A stretch of DNA of 64,000 nt, from NCBI RefSeq assembly GCF_963921235.1, contig NC_086097.1, forward strand, positions 139,440,001 through 139,504,000, read 5' to 3'. This DNA is from Mobula hypostoma. Its lineage: Eukaryota. Each line of letters starts with the position of its first letter. Positions within the stretch are counted from its first letter, which is position 1. The notes beneath the pieces are model-generated. The model had not been told where the DNA came from. It saw only the letters and a program-made list of their open reading frames with translations, and searched no databases. Positions 25,080 through 36,279 of this stretch are shown here, piece after piece. A program made the translations under genes and the position numbers.

Positions 25080-25642
25080 AATAGACAATAGGTGCAGGAG
25101 TAGGCCATTCGGCCCTTCGAGCCAGCACCACCATTCACTGTGATCATGGCTGATCATCCACAATCAGTATCCAGTTCCTGCCTTATCCCCATTACCTTTG
25201 ATTCTGCTATCTTTAAGAGCTCTATCCATCTCTTTCTTGAAAGCATCCAGAGACTTGGCCTCCACAGCCTTCTGGGGCAGAGCATTCCACAGATCCACCA
25301 CTCTCTGGGTGAAAAAGTTTTTCCTCAACTCCGTTCTAAATGGCCTACCCCTTATTCTTAAACTGTGGCCTCTGGTTCTGGACTCACCCATCAGCGGGAA
25401 CATGCTTCCTGCCTCCAGCGTGTCCAATCCCTTAATAATCTTATATGTTTCAATAAGATCCCCTCTCAGCCTTCTAAATTCCAGAGTATACAACCCTCAT
25501 TCGCTCCCAATCTTTCGACATATGACAGTCCCACCACCCCGGGAATTAACCTTGTGAACCCACACTGCACTCCCTCAATAGCAAGAATGTCCTTCCTCAA
25601 ATTTGGAGACCAAAACCGCACACAGTACTCCAGGCGTGGTCA
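25080..25642 (-). mobile_element. CR1 LINE 3' fragment
   Basis: ORF 25164-25493 (RRLRGDLIETYKII...FFTQRVVDLWNALP). Confidence 0.9.
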
Positions 25643-25968
25643 TCATTGAAATGTTAGCAGTTATTGCTTGTCCTGAATTCCCATGAGAGGGAGGGGATGA
25701 GCTGCAGACCCCAGTAAAGGTGCACCTGCAGTGCTGGGGTGTAGATTCGATGATGATGGAGTGTGGTGTATGAGGGAACCTGCAGGTGGCGGTGTTGCGG
25801 CTTTGCACCAAAGTTATGGGTGTTGTCACTTCAGTGAAGGGCAAGTATCTTACCATAGACCAGGACACGTGTTGTTCGGATTGCTCTCCAGATGAAGCAA
25901 CACATCAGTGTGTGAAATGGTCAAAGTGTTACTCCTGAACTGACCACTGTTCACTTCACCTCGTATAG

Positions 25969-26105
25969 GTACACTGAAATACTCTGACCTGAAGGAAATT
26001 GCCAGCAGCCTTGGTGATGCCATGTTAACTGGAAACTTGAATGCTTCCTTGGGCTTTGAGATCTCTGGCCCATTTCCAACTCCAGATGATCCAGAGTGGT
26101 CCCAG
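25969..26105 (+). CDS. PKHD1L1: PKHD1L1-like exon (TLKYSDLKEIASSLGDAMLTGNLNASLGFEISGPFPTPDDPEWSQ)
   Basis: gtatag|...|gtaatg, 137 nt, phase 1 to 0. Confidence 0.87.
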
Positions 26106-27005
26106 GTAATGCTCCTGCATTCTGCTCCGAGTATTGCACCCTGCAAACAAACGGTTTGGCTGGCTATATAAATGCAAGTTGTTGTTGACTGGATGTTCCA
26201 CCTTATCTGTGCTGGTGATAATACTCAGAGCCTCTGTACATTCCACCTGCTCTGTCTACCCCCCTTTCTGTCTTTCAGCCGATCTCAAACGCAAGGCAGT
26301 TCCACCTCCAATCTCTGGAGATCCCTCCCCAACCTCTTGATTGAGGTTTTGGTCACCTTCTAAATAGCCTTTTATGTAGATCAGTGTTCATTAACACTGT
26401 GGCAGTGTCTTAACTTGTGTTCCATTTACAGTGCCATATAAACACACCGGGCACACCTTTGCCACACAGTTTTGAGGTGACACTTCTGTCTGTGACTCCC
26501 TGGTTTGTTTGACTGTCCCCACCAGTCGCTGTCTTTCTCACAACTCTCCCATGCACCCTTGAGATGTGCAACACCCCTTCCCTTCATGCAGGGATGTAGA
26601 GAGTCCCTCCAGAAGAGCAGCTTTCACTTGCACCTCTTCCAATCTAGTGTGATGTTCACAATGTGACCTCTTCTGCACCGGAGAAGCAAAACGTATTTTG
26701 GGTGACTTCTTTCCGTGAAGCACCAGTACTTTCCCAAGGGTGACCCTGAGTTTCCTGTTGTTCACCCCTATGATCCCTGTGCTGCTCCAATGAATTCCTT
26801 TGTAAGTTTGAGCAACAATATTTCTTCACAGCCCGCATGCGCAACACTGAATTTAACAATTTAAGATAACTAGCCATTCCAGTTTGTGTAAAACTGTTAA
26901 AATCAGCATATTCTCTCTTTCTCTCTCCGCAGACACTGCTTAACCTGCTGAGTATTTCCAGCATTTGCCAATTTGTGCTTCACTCTGTAATCTCAATTGT
27001 TGTAG

Positions 27006-27152
27006 GTGGCCACACAACCAGTGCAGAGAGAGGAAGCGAGTAAGAACCACGTGGCCACTGTGGCAGGCCTAGTCGTGGTAACTGAACCGATAGCTGGAGA
27101 CCCCGGGCAAGTGCTCAGACAGCAGCCCAGTCTCGTGGCAGTGGACTTCGAT
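27006..27152 (+). CDS. PKHD1L1: PKHD1L1-like exon (VATQPVQR...QQPSLVAVDFD)
   Basis: ttgtag|...|gtaagt, 147 nt. Confidence 0.9.
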
Positions 27153-27950
27153 GTAAGTTTGCAAGCAGATGAAATTGCTCTGTCCAAAAACAATTACTGG
27201 TGTGATTTGTATGTTTTTATTTGTATTTTATTGGGATACAGGAATACCGCTTGGAAAAAAAAATTCAAGAATCTGCAGCCATAGAATTCCAAACCTATCT
27301 AGCAAGGAAAGAGGCTCTTTGGCTCGTCTAGCCCATACCAACTAAGATGGCCCATCCGGCTAGTCCCAGTTGCCCAACTTTGCCTCATACCTAACCCAAC
27401 CATTTCCAATCCATATACTTACCCAACTGTCTTTCTTTAAGTTATAAGCTGCCTCAACTGCTTTCTCTAGTAGTTTATTTCACAGAGGTACCACTCTCCG
27501 TGGGGAAAAAAAAAGTTGCCCTTCAATTTTCTATTAAACCTTACCCTCTCACCTTAAGTTAAGCCCTCTAGTTCTTGATTCTGCAACCCTGGGGGGTGCA
27601 TTCCCCCTACCTATGCCCCTTGTGATGTTGTACACCTCCCAGTCTCCTATGCTCTACATTTGCAAAGGTCATTGAACCTACTAGCTCTTTTGTTCAGTGA
27701 TCCAGCCTGTCAAATTTTCCCACATTCCTGAAGCTGATCCATCATTTATATAACCTCATTCCCTCCTTTCTCCACAATAGCTAGTGCCTGTGGATTGGTG
27801 TGTCCTGTCCCATTGAGTTGGAAGCCTGGTGCAGTGGAGTGCCTGTCTGATCCCTCGTGTAGAGCCGAATCTGCCAGGGGATACGGTGTAAGATGGTCAG
27901 TGGGGTTTGGGCCCAGGATGTTATACTGATTGCCTTGTTTTGTGTCCCAG

Positions 27951-28102
27951 GGGAAATGTGTGTCAGTGGGAGTTACCTCGTGGGAGCTGGTCGCTGTGCT
28001 GGTGAATTCCCAGGGTATGCCAGTCCCATCTCAATGGAACAACCAGGATCTTGTTCGAGGGTTGTTGGGCTAAATTCACTGATCTCTCCATCAGCATCAA
28101 TG
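27951..28102 (+). CDS. PKHD1L1: PKHD1L1-like exon with internal frameshift (GKCVSVGVTSW...MPVP / LNGTTRILFEGCWAKFTDLSISIN)
   Basis: tcccag|...|gtgagt, 152 nt where 3n+1 is required. The frame changes at about 28029; the entry frame reaches TAA at 28071-28073. Confidence 0.85.
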
Positions 28103-28733
28103 GTGAGTGAAATCTACAGCAAAGGCATCCTCCCGCACTGCTGTCTGGAAGTGGTCCAGTCCTTACTTAAATCACTGTCAGAAACAACACAGCATTTCTT
28201 CAGCAGTACCAGTCCGCATTGGGTACTCAAATCTCCAGAGTGAGGCTCGAACCTACCGAATCACAGTTTTAAGCATCATCACTGTTCCATGTCCTCACAC
28301 TAGAGTCGGTGTGCAGTGTGAAACTGACCTGTGACTTAAAGTGAAACAAGTGGAAGAGGGCACTTCTTCCCCTCCACCATCAGATTTCTGAAGGGACATT
28401 GAACCCGTGAACACTATCTCACTACTTCCTCTCCCACTGATGTAAGTCTCATCAGCCTGTAGTTCCCTAGCTCGGCTCTGCTGTCCTTAAATATAGGAAC
28501 AACATTCGCTATCCTCCAGTCATCTTGTACCTCACCTGTTATTAACGCAGATGGAAAATTCCTCCCTGTGATAGAAGTTTGAGATGTGCATGGAAATCAG
28601 TCACTGGATGAGAAACTGATAGATAATGTTATCAGACACGAGGAAATCTGCAGGTGCTGGAAATTCAAGTAACACACACACACAAAATGCTGGTGAACGT
28701 AGCAGGCCAGGCAGCATCTGTAGGAAGAGGTAC

Positions 28734-28769
28734 AGTCGACGTTTCGGGCCGGGACCCTTCGTCAGGACT
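28734..28769 (-). ncRNA. minimal (Penelope-type) hammerhead ribozyme motif
   Basis: Minus strand AGUC-CUGACGA-A-GGGUC-CC-GGCCC-GAAAC-GUC-GACU: stem I AGUC/GACU, stem II, conserved core, GUC triplet. Confidence 0.7.
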
Positions 28770-29050
28770 AACTGAAAGAAGAGATAGTAAGAGATTTGAA
28801 AGTGGGAGGGGGAGGGGGAGATCCGAAATGATGGGAGAAGACAGGAGGGTGAGGGGTGGATCTAAGAGCTGGAGAAGGAAGAGGATCATGGGATGGGAAG
28901 CCTGGGGAGAAAGCTTCCCGTCCCATGATCCTCTCCCTTCTCCAGCCTGGTATCTTTTTTGCCAATCAACTTTCCAGCTCTTAGATCCACTCCTTCGCCT
29001 CCTGTCTTCTCCAATCATTTTGGATCTCCCCCTCCAACTTTCAAATCTTC

Positions 29051-29300
29051 GGCATCGAGGGAGAGAGGAAGAGGAGAGCCATCCGCAGTACCACCGATGC
29101 GGCAGAGAGGGCCTCAAGATGGCTATGGCTCAAAAGAGGGGAGCCATGGAGTCATAAGTAGCTAGCCACCTGGACACAAGCTGGGGTCTGATCAGCCCCG
29201 GCTGGGTCACCTGGAGGAGGTTGTATGATGTTGAAACACCCGATGATTCCAGGAACATCACTGAAGATGTGTCCAGAAGCGTCAATAAATGTATGTACAC
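29051..29300 (+). mobile_element. 3' end of an RLE-type non-LTR retrotransposon (HERO/R2 group)
   Basis: 29051-29161 reads GIEGERKRRAIRSTTDAAERASRWLWLKRGEPWSHK*, followed by a short UTR with AATAAA. Confidence 0.6.
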
Positions 29301-30796
29301 AGCTTTCAGTTACTCCTGGCCCGAAACGTCGACTGTACCTCTTCCTAGAGATGCTGCTTGGCCTGCTGCGTTCACCAGCATTTTTTGTATGTGTCGGTTG
29401 AAATAATGCTATCATTTGTTTTACTGGAGTGGAATCCTTAGATAAACATTAGTGAGACAATGTCTCGAGTTTGCTTGCCCTGGAGATGGGGAATAATACT
29501 AGGAGAAAGAAAAGTGAAGATAGAGATCTTTCAACAGATAGCACACTCCCTAAATGGATCAAAAACGATTCGTCACCTCTGTGGAATCTCAGCCATTTGT
29601 TCCTGAGCCGGTGTGCAGTGCCGGGCAGCCCAGTTGCACATGTTTTCTTCAGGCACACCTTTAGTTGCTGTGTTGTGATGTCACTGAATATTTGGTCATC
29701 TCTCACTTCAAATGTTTTCCACATGGGTTTGAAAATTCACAAAGGGTGGAGTTCACAGCCAGGGTGGCTCTGTGGTTTTTCCAGATGTATTTCTGCTCAA
29801 ATTTAGCTGTGAATGTTAAAGGTGCCTGGAGCTCAGTGATCAGCAAGGACTGACAATATTTCATCACCTGGCCTGGCTGGGCTTTGTCTGCAAGTGAGTG
29901 AATCACTTGTGGATGCTTTTAAACCAAGGTGTTGGGATGTGAAACTGGACCATGACATGAGAAAGAGGTTGGGCCAGAGGAGGTTGTCAGTCTGAGCCAC
30001 TGGGACAGTTGCCATGGTAATTATCCGTGGTGAGACATGATGCCTCCATGGCAGAGCCGGTCAAAGCACAGCTCCACAAAAAACACGAAGTTTCTCAAAA
30101 TGGTGAAATCTCTTGCAGTTAATTTCCCCCAAAGTCCAGCTAGATTGGGACCCCAGGGTCTTTGGGGGCGGGGGTGATGGGTGTTTGGTCCCAAATGATG
30201 ATCAGAAACTTTCCTCCTTGAAATTGTTCTGTGTGACACTCACTCACACACTATCTGCGACACCTCAAGTTTGCCAACTGCCCATGAATTGTGTGTTCTT
30301 CCCATGGCTGTCCTGGGGAGGGTGTGGATGAAGTGAGGGAAAAGGTTGGAGTGAAGTTTAGGTTTGGTGAGTGGCAGGGTGGGGGTTGGTATGGGCAAAG
30401 TTTGGGGCTAGAGCTGGTTCAGGTCAGCATGAGGACAAGTTCAATTTTAGAACTGGTGAGAGTTAAGCTTATGTTTAGTGTTAGGGTTGGCAAGGACGAG
30501 GTTTAGGCTTCGGATTAGTTTAAGTTAGTATTTGAGCTTGTGTGGGTGAGATTTTGGTCTAAGGTTAGTGTTGGCAAGGGTGAGGGAGAAGATAGGAATC
30601 CCTGCTCCTCAGTCATCTGCTCCTCTCACCAGACGAGTGGACAGAATGTGAAGCTTAGGTTCCAGAGACCTGGTAGGGTTGGAGTGTGGACAGAGGGGCT
30701 GGGTGGGGTGGAATACGCAGACAGCACCAGGCTGTGATGATTGGGGAGTGACTGTCATGCATTATCTGAAGCCTCTGCTGTACCGTTGTGTGACAG

Positions 30797-31003
30797 GCAC
30801 CAATTACAGACTGAGGTTCCAGTTGAGGTCGTTGGAGGCCCAGTCCCACGAGTTCTCGGTGGGCTCAGAACACAAATCTCCAGAAGATCCTGATTCCGAC
30901 TCTAGCCCCAGTCTCGACTCACGCAGCGGAATAATTGCTGGCGCCACATTGGGAGGCCTCCTGCTCATCAGCATCGCTGTGGCTGTAACCTGGAAAGTGA
31001 CAG
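30797..31003 (+). CDS. PKHD1L1: PKHD1L1-like exon encoding the juxtamembrane stalk and transmembrane helix (TNYRLRFQL...GIIAGATLGGLLLISIAVAVTWKVT)
   Basis: tgacag|...|gtggga, 207 nt; NYxxxFxL motif, Ser/Asp-rich stalk, hydrophobic helix of about 21 aa. Confidence 0.82.
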
Positions 31004-31601
31004 GTGGGAGCATGGGATTCCCCGGGGCAAATGCTGGCTGCGAGGCACCACCAGCACAGTGTTCGGGGCACTGTTGCCTTCTACTACTCCGGTGCCTGTT
31101 GGGCCGCTGTCTCCCTTCTGGTGAAATTCTCCTATAGAGCTGCTGGGGAGGGAGTTCCAGGGTCTGGACCCACTGACGGTGGAGGAACGACCAGTATATT
31201 CCCGTCATGATGATGTGTTGGGTGGGGAGGGGGCTACATGCAGGTGGTGGTGTCTTTTATGCTGCTACCTTGGGCTGCCTTGGTGGTGGAGGTGCTGTAG
31301 GACTAACCTCTGGGCAAGTCCCCATAGTGGTGGTAGGATTGATGATTAGGACATGAATGGTTTCAGTCAATGTTTACTCCAGTTGTTCTCTTCGATCCTG
31401 CCAGCGTGTACACCTACCGACACCTGCCCCCTCCGTATACAGAGCAGCGTTGGGAAGTGCGTGGGACGGAGACCAGTGGGAGGGGGAGGAACAGGTAGTG
31501 GTGAATCGGGCAGGAGATGAGATTGGGATGGGGGGGGTGGTGGTGGTTATTGAGCACAGCTCCCTCCCTTTTTTTCCTAACCCTGACTATTTTACCTGCA
31601 G

Positions 31602-31708
31602 CCAACAGGTCAAAAGTTGCCTCGCTTTCAGGAAAATGGGCAGAGCAGAGCAGCAGAGTCGCAGCTGTCGCCAGAACAGCCCCCACCCTGGCCCCTGTGC
31701 ACAGCTAA
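31602..31708 (+). CDS. PKHD1L1: probable terminal exon, cytoplasmic tail (ANRSKVASLSGKWAEQ...APVHS*)
   Basis: Strong pyrimidine tract and cctaac/ctgac branch-like motifs before ctgcag; phase-compatible with the previous donor; ends in TAA. No homology support. Confidence 0.5.
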
Positions 31709-34700
31709 CAGCTCACCGATCTCGGAACGGTAATTATTCCCTGTTCTGAGTTACCAACTTTTATTACATTTTCCCCACACACACTGACCAATAACATACC
31801 CAGCGTCAGCAAGGATCTTCCACAGACAGACAGAAGCAGTCTGAGGGTTTACCCAAAGGGTGAGAGAGGTGGGTGGGTGGGTGATGTTCGGCACAGATTC
31901 AGTGGACCAGAGGGTCTGTTTTCATGCCGTCTCTCTCTATGAAGAGAGGTGTGGGCCGGGCTAGGAGAGGTGTAGGGGTGGATGAACCGACAATCTTCAT
32001 GTGGACCATACCTCTCAGTCTGGAGCAGGTGGGTGAATAGTCAGTACTGCATTTGGGTGATCCTGTGCTCCAAACTTCCCACTCAATCCCCAATTAGTTA
32101 CATTCCCTGCACCTTCCAGAGCCTTTTCATCTGGAACCAAGCATTTTCTCAACAACTGAGTCTGTATAGCCTGAGACGAGAATGCCAGAGATTGCCGAGA
32201 CTCTCTCCTCACTGCCCTGTCCACTGGTGACCTCAGTTGTCTGGCACCACCAAACCACTTCACAGAAGTGTGTACGATGAGCTTCCCGCCCTACTCTTCG
32301 TACAACCGCTGGTGAATCCACAATGCATTCATCCCAGAATTAAAAACACTTCCTCAAGTGCAGGGCCAATCGCCCTCAGTATCTGGTTTCACCACAGCCC
32401 CATACGCTTCCTCCCTTTTGTATTCCATCCCTGTCACATCTCATTTACCTTCCTTATTGCTTGTTGTATCTACATTTCAACTCTTGGAGGGTGGCGAGTC
32501 TTCAAAACTCCTTCCTTCAAAGGGCGATGGAAGTAGCAACTAAAACTTTCTTCAGAAACACTAAATCCACCATCTGTCATCTGCCTGCGGTTGTGTGAAC
32601 CTCACGGGACTCATTCAGACCACTTGTGACCAGAAGTTCTCCTCCTACTCGAGTATTTTTGGTGATGTGAATTAATGTTGAGGCAGTTGAAGTGAAATAA
32701 CCAATAGTTTTACAGGTGGAAGTCGCTCCCATTGCTGAAGTAGAGATGATGGGTTTTGAATTTGGATAGAACTCAGGACGAATGAGCAACTGTGCTGAAT
32801 GAAGATGCGGCCTGACAATGATTTTCAATGTGATTTTCCTTGAATGCAAAATCCTAAATGATGATTAAATCTTTCCTCAGTTCTGGATTACATTTCAATT
32901 GGTAATGTTCTATATGTTGAGTACACTGGTCAGATGATGTGAATTTGAGCTATTTCTAGACAATGTGCCACAGTAATATTAATACAGATTTATTGAATGC
33001 TCTGGCAAAGAGGCTACATCCTGATATTTTAGCCTCTGTATTAATTACTCCTCTAATATTTCTCCGTGTTCCATAATATCCACTCTCTTCTCAAAAACTT
33101 TAATATCCTTCCTAGTCTAATCCCATTCTCTTCTCACTCCATACAACTTCACAGAGCTGCTGAGGGTGCTGCCTGATCATATTACTTCGATAAAGTCTGC
33201 TTCATCGGTCTGTGGCATAGACTTCCCACGCTGACCCTTCACACAAACCGCTCTTCTACTTTTAAGCCCCCTCACATTCCTGGTGTCTTGTTCCCTGTAC
33301 CAAGAGCCAGTAATTATTGAGTTCAGTGGAACCAAAGACAATGGAGATATCCACCAGTTTAACCTTACCCCAAGCCTGCTCGTGATCCAGCCCTTTGACT
33401 GATACCTACTAGTTATGGTCTTCCACACTTTTCCAACCTTTTACATCCTGCAAAAGAGCAGCAAGGAAGGCAAAACTGGTTCAAGCTCATGAGATCATGC
33501 AGACCTGTTGAGAGTAAAACACAAACGAAAGGTATTTCCAGAATTCATTGTCAGTTTAAAGTAAACTATCATTAACTATTTGGTACCAGATATGTTGGAC
33601 ATTCTTGGTTTAGATTCAACCTTCACCTAGTGCTCAGAACTTCTGTGGAACACAAATCCAAAACAATCTCATGCATTTTATGGCGCAAGACAAATTAAAA
33701 TACATTCGTTTTAATTTCATCCTGAGTGCAGTCCACAGACCAAGAACTCACTTCCCATACTTCTCACCATTTCAGACCTTCATTACGAGTAATAACTAGC
33801 TATTATGTTAAAATGCATTAATTAAATCAAAATAATTGTAGTGCAATATAATATATATATCAATGTTCAATGTCATAGCAACAGCTCTGATAAATAAATT
33901 TTCTGAAGATTTTGATGCTGTGTTCAAATGGTTGCAAAGATTGGATGGATGGGGATACAGATGTAGAATCAATGTATTCATGAAACCTCTCCCTGGCCTC
34001 ATTCCCCTTCGTCATCACTGTGCAATGACAGATGTTGCAGAGAAGCCAACCCTCCAGAGGCAGGAGGTGGTGTCCTCACCACCTGTGCTGAGCCATCTTC
34101 AACACAAGCAGGCCCAGGCTCTGAACACCCATAGGGGTCCTCAGCATCCAACTGTGCTGCACTCATTCTCAGCCTCACAGTGACTGTAGATTTCAATCCC
34201 ACCCCAGAGAGCGGAGGACAAAGAACAGGTGCCTTGAGCTGAAAAAGGACTCTGCAGTCTGAACAGGTCACATAAGCTGTTGAACAGAAGGGGCAACTGG
34301 ACCAAATTAACTTTTCCCCTGTAAGCAGTGTCTTTATTTGCCTAACCCAGCTCCTCACTTTGGTCACCTCTTTAAAGAAAAGCACCAGTCTACAACAGTG
34401 AACTTGCAGAGTAGAGAGCAGACAAACTTCCTTCACCATTAGTAGTTGTCACCGCAAGCTGAGTTGCCATTAGACAGCTGTGTCCCTGAGGTTAGAAAGC
34501 CGGAACCATAACTGTGTCCCGTCAGTTACCGAGCACGGTTGTCTGAGTTTGCAGACTCTTCATAAACCAACTACTCACTGTGAGACAGTGAGAGTGCTTC
34601 ATCGACAGCAGTTTTGTAACGATGAACTGATGTTTGGAGTCTGCAGAACATTGCACAGACCACAGGATGTTCAGCTGCATTTTGCACCCTAAGCAATTTC

Positions 34701-36279
34701 CTTTTCAACGTTGCTTTAGAACTGGTAATCTTCACGTTTGAGAACAAGCCAACGAGATTAAGACAGAATGTAAAACCTACCTAACCTGTGTGTTTCAGAA
34801 ATATACATTGTTCACAATATCTGCACAGTAACTGCAGCCAGGACAGCAGTCTTCCTCTTTGTTCATTGTAAGAGAATGTATTGAATTATTGGTACGAGTC
34901 TATACCGCATACTTCCTCTTTAAGCAATGCAGCCATGAAGTAAGAGGTGGTTACACAGTCTCGCAGTCTCATGTACAACTGATTGGAATAAATAGAATTG
35001 ACTGTCATGTACACAAGTATGGTGAGGTATAGGTACACGGGAACAATGGAAGATTTGCTGGGAGCTGCATCACAGCACATAGGTACAGACAACACTGAAT
35101 ATAAAATACAGTCAATTCCAGTTAATTGTGCCATCGGGTAATAGGGACGGACACTTATTTGGAGCAATTCTTAAAGAGCAAAAAAACCCCGAGAAAATAG
35201 CTGGAATTCCCTTTGTTTACTTGGGACACAAAGCCACTTAACTGGGGCAGGAGTCTATTGCTGAACAGTTTCTAACTAGTGTCAGTCGTGTGGCTGCTAG
35301 ACACAACACTGTGCTTCAAGGCGAACAGTTTTTAAATAGCATGTGTTTGTGTTCAAAAAGCGGTGATTTTTGTCATTGATATTGGGTGAGAAATAATCAG
35401 TAGGCAACTCAGAGCTGTTTTGCTCGCTGCGATTTCAAGCATTCAGGTTTGGAGATGTCAGAAATGACTGGAAGTGCTAGGAGCTGCCCACACTCTGGGA
35501 GCTGACAAGACTTCATCCCTGGGTCTGGACAGGAGTGACTGGAGAGATAATTAAATTTAATTTTTTAAATTCCCTACCTTCTGGAAATGATCCATTTCAC
35601 TAGAAAGCAGCAAATGTAACTTCCTCATTCAAATAGGGAGAAAGCAAGAAACTGCAGGCCAGCTAGGACAATGACCATCATTGGGAAAGTGTTAGACTCT
35701 GTTTTTAAAGACTTTACTCTCGGAAGAATTCAAGGCACCCGGGCAATATCAATGTGGTTTTGTGAAAGAGGGATGTTTGAAGAAGTAACTGTGCTGTGGA
35801 TAAAAGGAAGTGGCCAGTTTCGGTACTTGGATTCCCAGGTGTGTGATAAGGTGCAGTGTCAAAGGTTATTGGGAATCTAAAAGCTCATAGTGTTGTTGGT
35901 GACATGTGGAGTGGAGACTGGCTGGCTAACAGGAACTGGAGACTGGGCATAAATGTGACTGCTACTGGATGGCAACAGGTAACAAGCAGTGAACCTGAGG
36001 GGTCAGTGTTGGCCCATAACTGACAGAAATGTTTGGATGAGAAACCAAAGGTATGGTTGCTAAATTTCCCACTATACACAGAGAGGTTGGAAAATGCATT
36101 ATGAAGGGAAGGTAAGGAAGCAACAAAGAGATAGCAAAGCAGAAATGCTGTAAACGGTCAGCTCATCTGTGGAGAGAGAAACAGTTAACCTCTCAGGTCA
36201 ACGACCCTTCTCCAGAACAGGGAATTGAACCAACAGCAAATGAATTGCAAATTGTATTAATTGTGGGGGAGTTTCTTGA

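Larger units (their letters stand above)
28632..29394. mobile_element. Penelope-like element terminal repeats in inverted (fold-back) arrangement
   Basis: 28676-28750 is the reverse complement of 29318-29394; further nested inverted arms; contains a hammerhead core. Confidence 0.7.
3043..31708 (+). pseudogene. PKHD1L1: PKHD1L1 (fibrocystin-L)-like gene, 3' part; frame-disrupted (candidate pseudogene/null allele)
   Basis: 16 AG/GT-bounded exons whose translations follow the order of the fibrocystin-L C-terminal region as I recall it. 14 of 16 have lengths consistent with the splice phases; exons 9124-9351 and 27951-28102 are frameshifted. Confidence 0.7.

Noticed and set aside
28654..29157. 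Overlapping 167-aa and 150-aa ORFs on opposite strands
   Set aside because: Caused by the purine/pyrimidine-skewed fold-back repeat; no domain-like content.
32855..32950. C/D-box snoRNA (ATGATGA motif)
   Set aside because: No properly placed CTGA D box or terminal stem.
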